A stretch of 64,000 nt of DNA from Octopus vulgaris (Eukaryota). Below, in pieces: positions 40,722 through 55,351 of the stretch (positions within the stretch are counted from its first letter, which is position 1; every line of letters begins with the position of its first letter). The stretch is from the NCBI GenBank assembly GCA_951406725.2, contig OX597824.1, positions 2,232,001 through 2,296,000 of the forward strand. The letters run 5' to 3'. The notes below the pieces were generated by a model. The model worked only from the letters and a program-made list of their open reading frames with translations, made no database searches and was not told the DNA's origin. The translations under genes and the position numbers were made by a program.

Positions 40722-43415
40722 AAGAGAGAGAGAGAGATTCGGGCTCACGTCAGAGGTTTGCGAAACTTGAAGTAGCACGGAACTGAATGAGACTCTTTTA
40801 AATAATAGATACAACTCCAACTAAATGTGTTGATTGAGTTTTTCTTTCATTTATCCACTCACTCGTGCACACACACACTCAGACACACACAGACACGCAC
40901 ATACGCATATACATGTGTGCGTATATGAAGGCATGTACATGTGTGTGCTTATAAGCATGCATGCAACTTCCATTAAGCATGCTGGGAAGCAAGAACGGCA
41001 TTTCTTTAGCAGTGGCCAGAGGTTATTCATTATAGCGGGTTATCTGTTTACCCTGTTTGCGAGGTTCTTCCTGTCATCTTACATCCAGAGTAGAAAGTAT
41101 GAAGAAGAAGGAAGTAACTTCTGCCTTCACTTCCTTTTCTCGCCCTCTCTGTGCAGCGAATACCTAAGGGTGAGAAAGAACAATAAATCAATCGAGGTTA
41201 ACTCAGTGGAAGTAGTAGCGACATTATTACAATAGAAAACAGAGAGAGAGAGTATAGGACATTTCTAAGCTCTAGAGGTCTAAATATGCTTCATGTCAAA
41301 TATCATTTCTTTGGATGCAGCGTAGCATCACTGTATTATATGTCTCAGCAACAGCAGCCATGGAAAAGTGTAAAAGTGTATTTCATTCAGGGTTTATGTG
41401 AGTTGTTAGCAAAGTCAGTAGTTGTAATGTGAAATATTTTCTACGGATTGTGAAGCGTTTTGGCTATTTCGAGGTTGTGTGGATTCGGTTGTGTTGAGTG
41501 TATGATAGTGAGGAATGGCATTTGCGTTGACCTTGTCTGTTCTAATTGTATATTGGTCAGGCTAGAGAGATATGCATATAGATTTCGGTGATATATTTCG
41601 TTAAACTGAAATGTAATCAACCAGTCTTCAGGTTTTGGTAGAATCCAACATAACACGTGACCGCTCAACTTATTTCACGTGGCGAGCAATCTTCATTAAA
41701 TTTTACTCTTCTACCATGGAAAAAAAAAGACTTTATATAATGCAGTTTTGGCTTACTCTATTGCTCAACAAAATGGGATAGACATATCAGAAACGTGTTT
41801 GATTACATGTGTAATATCTCAGGGTTGAAAGTTGACGAAAGCACATCAACAATAGCAATTATTTGAATAACAGAATTGGTGGTAGAAGGAACTGTTAGAC
41901 TCTTAATATCTACTGAAAAGTGAATTTTATGTCTTATGTGGGCATATAGTCTCATTTTCATAACCGTGAAAGAGTCACGTGATAAATGATATTTGCCTGA
42001 AATCGAAACTAGTTTCTAGTCTTTACTCAGAGTGAGATTCGATTCAAAATTATCCAGTTCTTTCATGAAGAGAAAGAAAATTTAGTTGAAACTAATAATA
42101 AAAAGTCGTTTTATAGCATATTTTATTACACATTACTGTTTCATCATTGTTGGCAGAGACAATAACGAGTTTATCAAAGTCTGGAGATCAGATATAAATG
42201 TAATAAATCTTTGTGTAACCAACCAACAGTAATTTATGGATTTCACACATAACAAAAATTTATATTCGTTCAACAGTTATCGCTCATTAACTTTCCTTTT
42301 GATTTATGTAAAACAAAAATGTGTGCACGCACGAGACAAATATATATGAACTTACTGAGACAAAAAAAAACACTTTATAATTGTGACATATTGAACCAGA
42401 ATTCGTTGTGTATCAGTTAATCAAATATCTCAGCAATTTTATAAAAAATCAATTTCTTCTCTCATTCGATCTGAAGGTCAGATATCATCTCATGGATGCG
42501 GATGTGAGAGCGCGAAGGAGTGAATAGTTTTTCTTAACATGCCATGGAAGTAGTTGAAGTCAATATTGCAATTTCTTGCTTATTGCCCAGTTTTATCATT
42601 TCTTGTAGAGTGGAACTGCTCCACATCCAGGAACTTGCCCAGATAGAAGCAGAACGGATATCTGAGACCTGTGTGTCTCAGCTATAAATCCTGTATTTTA
42701 GTAAGAGTTCCTCAAGAGATATTTTGCTAATCCACTCATAGAAATCTTAAAATAAACACAAAAGCAATTCTTTCGGGAAATAACCAATAGAAAGAGTTAC
42801 ACAACGTAAAAGCATTAAGCAGACCAATAAAATGTATTAAGAGTTAGAAGCAACAGAAAACTGATATTAATACCAACTGCGTAATAATATTTCATTCCCT
42901 CTTCATCCCTGAATTCTGTTAGATTATCGGCAACTACATTGCGACGCGGTGTAATACATCTTGCTACCAGGAATGGTATGTGTCCGTTGTAACTGCATGT
43001 AATTCACAAGTCAACCATAAATTAATAAATGTTTTGCTTTTTCATTATGATAAGCGCATATAATCTTGTCATCTAACAAAATAGCCATAACTTCAAATCT
43101 CTCAACACTGCTGGGGGATAGGATCAAACAGAGAATTGCCGATTGGGAAAAGTGTCATGAATTTGCTTCATACGTTCTGAGATAAAGAATCGGATATGGA
43201 AAGGCTTATCTCTCAATATCAGGAAAATATTTTTCATTGTTTTTAAAGAATTATTGTTGCAAATTATTTCATATGACAGAGCAATCCAGCCGCAAATCGA
43301 TAAGATAGCTGATATTGCGAATCTATCAATCAGATAATATCTTGTGCAATCGCTCTTTCTGTTAATGCAACCTTGTACATGAAAGCCTTCTCATCTTGAT
43401 TGACACCATAGCATT

Positions 43416-43555
43416 AAGGTGGTAAGCTGTCATAATCGTTGGCACACCGGTCAAGATGCTTGGCTGCTTAGCGTCCGCCTTTACATTCTGAGCTCAAATG
43501 CCGCCCAGGTTGACTTTCTCTTTTCTTCTTTCGGGGTCAATGAAATAAGTATTCG
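43416..43555 (+). mobile_element. diverged SINE 5' part (family of 11580)
   Basis: colinear similarity to 11580-11715. Confidence 0.75.
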
Positions 43556-44245
43556 TTACTCGCATGGGCGAGGAACCAATTACTGAACAGTGAAGGCGTC
43601 TTTCCCAACATTCCAACTTTTTAGAAATAAACCGGTTAAAAGAGTTAAACGAGGTTTGACTTGACTGTTCGTCAACAACCGATTGGGGAGTAGCCCTGAG
43701 AAAGGGTTTTAGATTAGAGATTATTAGGTTCAGTAAGGATACAATTATGGAGAATTCTAGATTAGAGACGGATTGGTTAGGAATCCATTAAAAGCGCAGA
43801 GGAAACCTAGGGCAAGTGTTCTAAGACCTGACGGAACGAAGGTCCCTCGATGGACCCAGAGAGCAGAGTTACAGCATGAGAAGAAAGCAGCAGTTTAGCA
43901 TTTGGCGGATCGGGTGGAGTGGGGTGTGTTACTCTTCCCCAAACAGATGTGTGCGGCTTTTCAGAGGCTCTTTTCTCAGCGGTCAGAAGATCTGGGATGG
44001 AGGTGGGTTTGCTGCCTGCGTCGACGTTATGCCTCAGCTCCTGGATAAACATGCCAAGTTTTGCGAAAGGCCGGTAAAACCTTTTGAAATAAAGTGATAG
44101 CTAGCTGCACGACGTGAAAGTTACAAGTACTGGATTGTCTGCCCTACGAGTCTTATCTTGATAAGCCATATTTCTGCGGGTATCTCTTAGGAAATATGTT
44201 CCGAAACTTCCAAGCAGAATGGGAAAAGTGAATCTGTAGTTTTAA

Positions 44246-44292
44246 GGCCGCCACCTTCTCTCGCCCTATCTGGGCGAGAGAAGGTGATGGCC
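44246..44292. repeat. GC-rich 21-bp hairpin
   Basis: GGCCGCCACCTTCTCTCGCCC-TATCT-GGGCGAGAGAAGGTGATGGCC; 15 perfect inner pairs. Confidence 0.85.
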
Positions 44293-45369
44293 AGTAATTA
44301 TGCCAGATACCTGACTTCAACTTTTAGCTGAGGTGTTAACTGAGTGGTTGCATCTTGTCATCATCGTTGCGACTGGTTAAGGTGAGTGATGTGCCATACC
44401 AACAAATCTATCTGTGTATACATACATACTTACATATATACACATACATTCACAAACACGGGCAACTGAGAATTTAAGTATACGCAAATATATGATTACA
44501 TTATTACACACACACACACACATAATTTTTACCAACATACAGACATGTTAGCATTTTTATACCAAAACCTATAGCAAAACAGTTGAATTGTACGTATACA
44601 GAACACTGAGAGGAGAGAGAGGAAGAAATGTGAAGGGGTTTATTGAGGGGTGTACTTCAAACATATTAGGAAAAACAATACTTCAGAAAAATATAATTCA
44701 AAATAAATTAACGTTGGAAAGAAATACAATAAAATTTGATTACTGATATGAAATAAAATAAGGAAAATAATGACAAGATAAAAGAAGAAATAGAGATAAA
44801 AGGAAAGAAGAAAGAAGTATATTGTGGAATGATGCCAAATAAGATGTTTGAAGACTATGAATTAGAAAATAACTTGTAATTAGAATATGATAGAAAAAAG
44901 TCCAGATCAATGAATAAGCAACGTAATCGTGACGTAGATATGCATGTATATACATATGTGTATGTGTTTATATGTGTGAATATATGTACGTGAGTGCGTG
45001 TGTATGTTTTTACATTAGAATGGAGCGAAAAAGGTACTTTTGACACAGATTTACGAAATATGTTTTCCAGAATATGTGTTTGATATCGACATTTGTTAAC
45101 AACAACCGTATTAAAATCAGAAGTTATTAATCTTACATCTTGAGGCTTCGCAGCCCAGCTGAGAGTTTGAATAATGAGCGGAAAACTCAATTTATAACTT
45201 GCTTGCCGTTCTTCATTTTACCTTTGACAACGATTTTCTTTTGTGAAATCCTTTAAGAATAAAACGGTTAAAATCTGAGACACCAAAATTTATATCTTCA
45301 GGTTTCGCAACGCACTTCAAATTTCGAAATTATGTGAAATAAATAGACTTCACGACTTTGTTATCTTGA

Positions 45370-46830
45370 ATACGAAATGTTTATCCTCTTAGTTCACTAT
45401 TGAAGGTTGTATCCTTCCTTCTATCAACATTCACGGCAGACGATGGTTTCTGTGGCCTACCTACCTGCTGCAGGGATTTAAGCTTTCTGGATCGTCCTCA
45501 CCTTCCCTTCGATCTGTCTATAACAAAAGAATATTCACCAGATGTACATGCCGTGAAGTCGCTGATGACCGAATTAGTAAGATGAGCAGCAGCACTATCT
45601 GACACACCGGTGCAGTCACAGGCAGAAGCCAGTTCTGCGAATTTCATTCCTTTCATTGGTTATTTTGAACTTCTGTTTTTGCTAACGTCTTTTCGATTCA
45701 TGGAAAACGAAATTGGAAAATCTTCATCTACGCCTGCTGATCCATCTCCAGAATCACTGGTTGATGAAAACGCTATCAATACTGAAATAGAAGGGTGACA
45801 GTGATCCGACCGATTCTGTCTAATTAACCTCTGAACGTTCTGTTTGATACTGCTTGATCTATTCCACCAATGATCATTTATCGATTTGTCCAATGATCCT
45901 GTAAAAACTCTTGTTCTCTCTGGGGTACTTTTGTTGTCTCTACTGCAACAACTGCAGTTTTTAAAGGAGTTGCACTTGCAACAGGAAATGTCAAATAAAT
46001 ATTTTGCTGCATTGTTTTTAAACGCATAATACTTTGTTTGAAACGATGGCACCTTTTTTCTATTTTTCACAGATTTTAGTCATGTTTGGTACTTTAGATG
46101 GAAATGTTAGATTTTCGGTTTAACTGACTCAATCGTAAAACAAAGGAATGGATGCCTTTTGCCAAAGAAGAATTGTCTTTCCTGCAACAATCTTGACAAT
46201 TTGTTTAATTGAAGGATCTTCTTAAGTACATTCTTTTCTTTTGCTCGTTCGAATAAAACGCATTTTAGTACGTCCTTAAAACTCGCTCGCTGATATCACA
46301 TGGTGTACCAAATTTGGGCATTCGGTATCATGACGCATTATTGGTTTATGTGTCATTGTTAAATGTAAACAACTCTAAATTTAACACGATCATAAATTTT
46401 AATACAATGGCCTAAAGTCAAAATACAAAGCAGAAAGCTCCATACACGCACGACGTACCTACACACGCAATGACCGTTTTAGTGCCACTGGAGGCAAGTT
46501 CACACCCCCGTTGTCTTTATAGTCAATGCAGAATCTGAACATATTAGTTAATTTTATATCGAAACTTGGTACGCAATCTCCTAAGCAGATTATGTTTACT
46601 GCTTTGAATTCTTCTATGCAGAAATATGTATTGGTTACGACTTATAATCCATGAATTTAAAATTTGACCCAAAATAGCGATTTATTAAAATTTTCATTTG
46701 CTTTACGGAGTCTGGAAAAATATTTAACCACAAATTTCTTTATATACCTTTCTTTTAACCCGAATTCGCAAAACATATCAATTGTTGGTTACCAATTTTG
46801 AAAGTTGCATTTTTCGCTCCACCCCAATGT
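45370..46830 (-). mobile_element. decayed DNA transposon, Sola2-like transposase 5' half (family call tentative)
   Basis: LLWQKASIP, YLFDISCCKCNSFKNCSC, LASACDCTGVSDSAAA, VDRRKDTT (cf. FDGRKD); minus strand GGGGTGG terminus near 46825. Confidence 0.6.
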
Positions 46831-48518
46831 ACATGTGTATATGCGTACACTTCCAATACCATTTCTATAACACGGCTTATATTGCATATGGAAAGAAAAA
46901 GTTTCACCCATTACTATTATCATAATCATCCTTTCCATATTTCCTTATTTGGAAAGTACATCAGAAACATCATCTCACAGTAAGAATATGTGACTTCTTT
47001 TTGAAAACATGCATAGCAGTGTTGAAGGTTAAAGGAAGATATACATACTTCGAAGTTAAAATAATGGTTTTAATCTAATCATGCTTCCAACTGATTATTC
47101 GAAATCCTTTTGACTTAGCCCCATGTTAATCCATTTCCATTATGATATGCAATTTTTCATGAATCCCATAAATTTCATATAAATTTACTCATATATTTAC
47201 TCATATATAAATTTACGTCAAATGCTTAAGAATAACCAGCTCTGAAGTCATCAGTTCCGGCAGCTACGAAATTTTCTTCAGATTGTAACCTTCGAATTAT
47301 TGCTTTGTTTATTGGTAGCTCGTCGTTACACTTCAACTTGCCATTTCTGCCACTTACTACCCTTTAGTACAGAACTATGTCTGTCAATATATTCGTGAAT
47401 TCTATTACTCAATGTAAGATAATATATAAATAGGAAGACGTATCATCACTGGCCAATAAATCGAAGATTCGTTTGCCTGTGTGTTTTTCTCAAAGGACAA
47501 TAGCTTATCCAAAGTCCTGCCACTCCTTTATTTGCAATGAGCACCCTATTTTATCGAAGCACTTCGCCATACGACAGTGTAAGACATATATGTGTTTCAG
47601 CCACAAATATTTTGTTGTTCTTTACTGCAGTTGATATCCAGGCTAATATGCCTGCTCCTTCTTTATTCTGATGGGATGTGGAAGTATTGTATTACCTTTC
47701 TATCCTAGAAACGGTCATGTATGGAATACTTTTTTTTTTGTCGGATTCTGTATGTGAAGGACCCAATTATCAATGTCTACTCTACCATTTAAGGTGATAA
47801 GTTGCCAAGCTTCCATGTATATTCAAAGCTAGTGTTATTAAAAGGACGAGGAATCGCGAGAGGATCCATTGACAGGCTTGTGAACCAAGATAACGGCTGC
47901 TAATTTTATCGTCTTTGTTCAGACTGAAAGGCAAGTCAAGGCAGCATGGGGTTTGAACTAAGAAAGAAATAACGCGCAAGATAATTATTCAGCCATTCAG
48001 ACCCTTTCTTTCAATGAATGTTCACGAAACAATTAAAATATTACAGGCAAATGAATTGTATCTAAATTGGTAAAGGAATAAATCTTCTGTGATTAACGAT
48101 ATGGATTTCGCATGAGACAAGCATTCTCCGGTCTTTATTAATATTCATAGATTTTCTCGAAAGCTGAATGCGGATTAATATTAAACATAATAGGATTTCT
48201 TGTTTTGTTGTCATAAAATATGTAACTGATTCTCCGTTATCGCTTATTGAAATCAGACGGAATATACTGGAACATTCCAACTAATTCTCTTTCAACCATT
48301 CTAACATTAATATTTTCTAGATACACATTACGATCTCTAATCACACACGCACATTCACGAATATTGACAGGCTCTCTCTCTCTGTGTCTCTCTCTCTGAC
48401 ACAAATATATCTACTCCAGCACACTTACATACACATCGATACATACGTGTGTGTGTATGTGTGTGCGTATATATATATATATATATATATATATAACGTA
48501 TATAGATAAATATGCATG

Positions 48519-48550
<32 letters not shown>

Positions 48551-48867
48551 TGCATACATACATGGCTACATACGTGCATAGCTACATAATTAGGTACATA
48601 CATACATGTATATATACGTATATAATTCTTTGTGTGTGTCTATTCATCTATGTGTATTTTCGAGTGATTCAGGACGGATGTATATATCCATATATGTACA
48701 AATCTCCAGAAATATTCGAGTCTTTTATGGAATTCAGCATCTGATTCTGATCTCGATATTGTCTGCTACGTGTAAGAAAACTGAGAGGACAAGTCTGTTA
48801 GAACCTGATTTAGTATGACTTTGTTAGGGGAATAAAAGAAGTTGTCACTGCAAGAAACGCACTGAGT

Positions 48868-48920
<53 letters not shown>

Positions 48921-48932
48921 CATATGTATATA

Positions 48933-48965
<33 letters not shown>

Positions 48966-49039
48966 ATAAATGTGTGTGTGTATATATTTATATACACATA
49001 TATAAATGTACATATATATCCATATATAAAAATACATAC

Positions 49040-49090
<51 letters not shown>

Positions 49091-49785
49091 TGTGTGTGAG
49101 AGTGTCGCTGTGTAAGTATTAAATAATATCTTGTATTTATTAGTTTAATGTGTCAGATATATAATTAAGATTTATTATAAGGAATAACAGAGGAGTTGAT
49201 AATGTCATTCCTTTGTTAATATCATTATTTATTATTCCAAATATTGTCGATCAAAGAACTTAGTTTTCGATTTAATAATGCAGATGCTAACTGGTCAGAC
49301 AAAATATTGCACAACGGCTAAAGAAGTTTTCGTATTCGTTGGACATTACTTTAAATGATTTTACGATTACATCAGAATATCTTTGAACCAATAAAACCGA
49401 TATTCTTAACGGGGATCGCAGACAAAATTTCGTATTTTAATATATACAGGATAATTATATTTTTCCTCGTACAACGATTTTTCAGGCTATAAATCAAAAC
49501 ATAGCTTCGATGTACACATTCAAATGACGCCTGAAATCCGACTGAAACTTAATACTATAGGTAAGTAGTGTTATTATATCAAGCTCTGACGAATTATATC
49601 TAAGAAAATTATGTTATTTCTCGCGATATCCGTAAATAGATTTGAGGATTCTCTCTTACGTTTCGTTGTAAATACTTAATATAAATGAATTGAATGTCAG
49701 ATTTCATGGGTTAAGGGTGCACAATGACATGATCTATTCTCAGAGAAACAGAAATATATTCCTATTTAAAGAATATTTGAATTAG

Positions 49786-49852
<67 letters not shown>

Positions 49853-49854
<2 letters not shown>

Positions 49855-50524
49855 TAGCTAGGGTACCCGGTAATACCCAGGAGCAAGGATATTCCCAGTA
49901 CCCATTGCTATGTCTAATTTCTTTCAGACGAAAAATGAAATAAAGACAGATAATAGAAGGCGTAAGCAAATTCATTCACGAAACAATAATACAAATAAAT
50001 ACGTGTGGTATCGGAAAATGTCAATCGTTTGGTCAGATGGGTGGAAAGCTGCAAATATATAATCAATGGAAATATCAAGAAGGGATACTAAATAAATGTT
50101 AATTATATGTTTGACACCTACATCTAATAAATACTAAAGGAATATTATGAAACAAGAGCATAAAAATTTGAAAAGTAAACAAAAATTATTTAGAGAGAAT
50201 TTGACGACCGCGTTTCATGGGCATAGTTCAACTGATCGTGAGAATCAAATATCGATTGCAACGGTTAGAACCGAAAATTTTAAGTTCAGAAGTTAAGATA
50301 ATTACATGTTACATGTATTAGCAGACGATGTTGCAACGTTTAGAATCGATAATTTTAAGTGGGTGTGTTAAGCAACCTGAGATTGCTGAAATAATTGATG
50401 AAAATTTTAACCCCACAATGACGGGGAACCTGTTGTTGGGGTGCCTAGTGGGGTAATCTATAGTTACCTTGATACTTTGGATGCTCTCCGTTACGTTCTT
50501 CTCAGTTTCTACATTAATGGAGAT
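49853..50524 (+). mobile_element. possible non-autonomous Helitron-like element
   Basis: starts ACTAGC..TACCCGG like the element at 54964; ends ..GAGAT; 3' boundary uncertain. Confidence 0.4.
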
Positions 50525-50599
50525 CGTCCAACAAGTAGCTGTATATATGTTTCGGTATATGCACAGGTATGTGAGCGTATGGATATGAAAGTAAACAGA

Positions 50600-51030
50600 T
50601 AGAATACAGATACATCAAAATACTACACATCACACAAACACAACACCACACACTCAAAGCCCCCTTTCCAAATGCTGTTGGGGGGTTCCAAAAATACCTC
50701 TCACAAAAACTCTATAAAAACCTCCTCCAAGACACATCAAAGAACGAGGAAGCCAAAACCTTCGACACAAGTAAGTAACTCTCTGTACCTTCCTTTTTGT
50801 GTTTTAAAGCACACACCCCAATAGAATCATGGTCAAGATTGGTTGTGTGAATGCGCGTGGCTTGGGGTCTCCTTGGAAACAAGGATACCTCCTAAATGAC
50901 ATCAAGTCACACGATTTGGGAATCATAGCCATAAGCGAGACCAGACTCCACGAGCCACGGGCCCTAAAGTCCATGTTTGGCGGACAGTTTAACATTTATT
51001 TTGCTCCCTGTCTGTCGATGATGGGTAGTA
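50600..51030 (+). mobile_element. L1/Tx1-like LINE fragment: start of ORF2 apurinic endonuclease
   Basis: 50829: MVKIGCVNARGLGSPWKQGYLLNDIKSHDLGIIAISETRL (N-x-RGL and SET motifs); truncated by (GATA)n. Confidence 0.75.
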
Positions 51031-51055
51031 CCGATAGATAGATAGATAGATAAGT

Positions 51056-51129
<74 letters not shown>

Positions 51130-51812
51130 AGGGATATTAATAGGAGCAGGCATGGCTCTATGATAAGAAGATTGCTTCTCAAGCACATGACAAAGGAACA
51201 AAATGATTATCTTATGATGTGTACGTATAAATACATTTTTATTCTTTTGTCATCTCTCTTTCTCATATATATGTATGTGTGTGAGATTATTCACTTTTAT
51301 TTCTAGTGAAAGAACAGGTTTCTAACCTAGATTCAAGGATATATCTGTATGTATGTAGCCATACATATAGTGTTTCATAAATGTGGCTTACAAACTTAAA
51401 TTGTAAAATATGAAATGCAGCATAAGGCGATATGGTTTGAAAATACTTTTTATTAATAACTCATTAACGAATGATATTTAAACAACAAATGTGTTCCTTC
51501 TGTCAAAATAAATTTGCAGTTTTTCACAAACCATCTGATGGAATTTTGACACTTTTGAGGTGTTATTCTTCAATTGAGATTTTTCTTTCTTTCGTGGCAT
51601 TTCCTGCAGATTCTCAACACATTCATTGTACTATGCAGCATTTTGAATTACACTCAATATAATCAAAGAAGTAGAAAATATGAAGTACCACATTGGTAAA
51701 CGCTTCACTTTCTGAATGAGTTGTGGCTGAAAAATTATTTTCATCCTCTTTTACATAAAACCTAATTTTGTTTCAGATGTAATAGCTTATAGATGGCATG
51801 TATATATATATC

Positions 51813-51843
<31 letters not shown>

Positions 51844-52007
51844 GTGTGTGTGCGTGTGTGTATATATATGTTTGTATGTATGTATCTATGTATTTGTGCG
51901 TGTGAGCGTGCGTGTATATATATATATAACTGCTAGAGTAAGTCAAAATTGTACGTAATCGTGTTTCTATAATTCATTAATGCAAAAGTTGGCACCTAGC
52001 AATTACC

Positions 52008-53008
52008 TCATCTTTCGATATAGTCTCCTTGCTTTCCGATGCACATCTTCCAGCGATCTTCAAGAAGAAGAATTTATATGTATCACTTCCTGCAATTCTT
52101 CGCACGTAGCAAATCGATGACCCCGTAAAGAATGTTTTAGCAGATCAAAGAGATAATAGTGGGAAGGAGAAAAATCTGGACTATAGGCTGGGAGGTTCTA
52201 AACGCCCAATTTTTCCATGGGTTCAACTGTTTGAGTGGCCGTATGTGGGCGTGCATTGTCGTGCTTGGATAATACACCTCGATGGTTTGTGCACATTACT
52301 GATTTAAATTTGCTGCCCAGTATTTTACGGCAGCCTACACTGGTGAATGTTGACCCCTTTTGCAGGTAATGTTTCGGTGTAGGTCCCTTTGTGTTTCACA
52401 TAACGGCTAGTTTATTTTTCTGTGGCAGATCGAGTCTGGAAGTTCTTTTTCGCTGGCGATTCCAGGTGTTACCATTCTATATTCTGCTTTTTGAATTCTA
52501 TTTCAAACTGATAGATCCCTATGTCTCTTCATTTGTGACTATTTTTTCCAAAAATCTTCGCCCTCTGCATTGTAGAAGATGCATGAAATGTTGACATATC
52601 TCCACACGATTGCGCTTATGCGCTTCGTTAAGCACCTTTGGCACCAATTGCACACAGACTTTACAAAAGCCAAGCTTCTGGTGGCTCATTTCGTATGCAG
52701 AGCCATGATTAGTTAGTAGAGAGCATGACACCTCATCGATGGCTACTCGTTAGTTCTCCAGAACCATCAGGCGTGGCTCATGAATCTTCACGTTAGTGTT
52801 GGAAGCTGACGAGAAAACTGATCCTATATCGTGCTTCAGCCCATCTGGGGATTTTTAAATTTCACTATGCAATCATAGAGACTTCTACGCGCAATTATTG
52901 TACTGAAAGCCTGCGTGGAATTTCAGCCCTTGACGCACATTAAGACAAGAGAAACCGGATCACTGATCTTTGTACTTCCTTGGTACATACTGACAGTGGA
53001 GAGGCCAT
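52008..53008 (-). pseudogene. mariner transposase pseudogene (irritans/Hsmar2-like)
   Basis: MASPLSVCTKEVQRSVIRFL, GSAYEMSHQKLGFCKVCVQLVPKVL, FLEKIVTNEET, DRWKMCIGKQGDYIER*; multiple stops and frameshifts. Confidence 0.9.
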
Positions 53009-53164
53009 GTTTTTTCTGTAACACAGGAACGAAAGCTAGAGCGAATAAAGTCAAAACTCAGTATCGTAAGTACAAGAGTACCACCGTTTAACATGCGAGA
53101 TCTAAAGGCAGTGCAACAGACCTCAAGTAAGCTTTAGTGAAAATGCACACACACATATATATAT

Positions 53165-53475
53165 ATCACCGTGATCACCGTGACTGACCAGACTATCAGA
53201 TGTGGTTACATATCGCTGGTCACAATGCGCTTCAAATTGTTTTAGCCTTCAAATGACGCCACCCCGCTGGCTAAGCGAGCAGGCCAACAGGAGTAAGAGT
53301 GAGAATAACTTGTGGCGAAAGAATACAACAGGGACCGCCACCACCCACTGCCGGAGCATCGTGGAGCTTTAGATGTTTTCGCTCAATAAACACTCACAAC
53401 GCCCGGTCTGGGAATCGAAACCACGATCCCACGACTGCGAGTCCGCTGCCCTAACCACTGGGCCATTGCGCCTCC
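53165..53475 (-). mobile_element. tRNA-derived SINE with (CACGGTGAT)2 tail
   Basis: head GGCGCAATGGCCCAGTGGTTAGGGCAGCGGACTCGCAGTC..GGTTTCGATTCCC with A and B boxes. Confidence 0.85.
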
Positions 53476-53722
53476 ACACACACACACACACAAACATACA
53501 CACATATATTTGTATATATTTAGGTATGTATACATGTACGCTCATTCACACTAAAACAAGCGTACACACGCGCGCGCACAATTGCTTTAGATTTTTCTAA
53601 ATGGCCAACTGTTCAACAGATGGTACAACTTACTTAGCTTTACGTATGTATGTTTTGCCTTTTATTTTAATCCGTTTTGGTTGATTCCGCTACCAATACG
53701 CTATCGATCTGATTTTACATCA

Positions 53723-53768
53723 AAAATTTACTTGTCATTCGAATGAAAATTTACTTGTCATTCGAATG
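53723..53768. repeat. perfect 23-bp tandem duplication
   Basis: AAAATTTACTTGTCATTCGAATG twice. Confidence 0.95.
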
Positions 53769-54355
53769 AAATGAATCATTAGAGATATAGCCTTCACATT
53801 TCAATATAAATATTCAATTTTCCGTATTATACGATACATCAAAATCACCGCCGGCAATGAAAAGAAGAAAGGCATGAATGCCACATCTTTTCAGTAAACT
53901 TCCCAATAAATTCAGAGCATTGTCACACAATAATATATCAATATTTAACAAGCAGGTGTATATAAGCGAATTCTGACTGTCTATTACCTGAGAAATGTCT
54001 TTCCTATTAACTCACCTTGTTTCACCCAAATTCTTATTAATGACATTTTATAGACACTTGATAAAATATGATTGCCACAAGGCAATCTATTGTCTACTTT
54101 AGAAATACATCTCCGCTAACCAGAAGGCCAGTTTTCTCTCACCAGTCAATTTATAGAACTCAGAGGTATGAACACACACACACATATATTTATATACATA
54201 CATGTATACTTAAATATACATACGTACATATATGCATACATATATACTTACATAGGTATAAATACATATGTGTGTTTGAGAGTGTGTGTGCGCGCGAGTG
54301 TGCGTGCGTAATTGTGTTTGTACGTAATTGTGTTTGTGTACGTATATGTAAATTA

Positions 54356-54560
54356 GTGACTTAGTGGTCAGGGTGTTGTACCGTGAATCGGAAAATTGTG
54401 GTTTCGATGCCTGTACCGCTTGAATCGTTGTGATATTAAAGGGAACATTTTATTTCATGCTGTTTCTTTGCACCAAGCTTGCAAAAGAATAAAACGAAAA
54501 CAAAAATGGCGTATGAAGGATTGGCGCCCCATCCAATACAAGGCTATATATACCACACAA
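54356..54560 (+). mobile_element. diverged tRNA-derived SINE
   Basis: TGACTTAGTGG A-box, GGTTTCGATGCC B-box, degenerate core. Confidence 0.6.
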
Positions 54561-54963
54561 AATCCAGAAGGCCGAAAATCTTAATATATTTTAAAACCTT
54601 AGCCTAATAAATCCACTAATATTTAATTCTAACTCTTATTCCTAAATAATTTAACATTCAGCTGGTTTCTTCATCCACAACTACCTACACACTCAGACCC
54701 TCTTTGCAAAGCTTATTTCTACAGCCACTGATTTTAGCCATAAAGCGATAACAAGCATTTACTACTACATCTCCTGTCCAACCCCTACACACTAGAAGGA
54801 TACCACTGACACCTACTATTCTCTTTGAATTCCTTTCACTTTACTTTTTGTTTTTTTCCGTTATCTTCATTTACCTCCTCCTCATCTCTCCTTATTTACT
54901 TTTATATATTTTGTTTACCTTGCTTAGCTTTGTACACTATATTCTTATACAGTATATTCTTAT

Positions 54964-55351
54964 ACTAGCAGTATCACCCGGCGTTGCTCGGGTTTGTAAG
55001 GGAAATAACTATAAAGCATTTTTAGACAGTTATAGCCAAAAAATAGCAAAAAAATGGAAATAAAATTATGGTAAATTTTTTGGGGGAGAGTTAAAAAGGT
55101 CGAGTTGCGTCCCCTAGACAGTCTGTGGTTTGTGTTTCTGATTCTCGACCCCATGTCGAAATTATCGATTTTTTTCAGAACTGGGGGAACTTTTCAAAAT
55201 TTTCGCTGCGTTAGTTTTGAATTATGACATTGGGCTATGTGTGTATCAAGTTTCATCAGAATCGGTTGAAAGCCGTGGTCAGGGTGAGAGTACAACCTGA
55301 CGGACACACAGACACACACACAGACAAACTGCCGTTTATATAGAGAGAGAT
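54964..55351 (+). mobile_element. non-autonomous Helitron-like element (Lep1/HINE-type architecture)
   Basis: 5' ACTAGC followed by hairpin CCCGGC-GTT-GCTCGGG; subterminal CACAGA microsatellite; ends TTTATATAGAGAGAGAT. Confidence 0.7.

Noticed and set aside
47665-47725. CTGATGG...GAAACGGTC hammerhead-like motif
   Set aside because: Core mutated and stem I does not pair convincingly
53400-53475. tRNA-like sequence (also 34361-34430)
   Set aside because: No proper acceptor stem and it continues into a SINE body, so it is a SINE head rather than a tRNA gene
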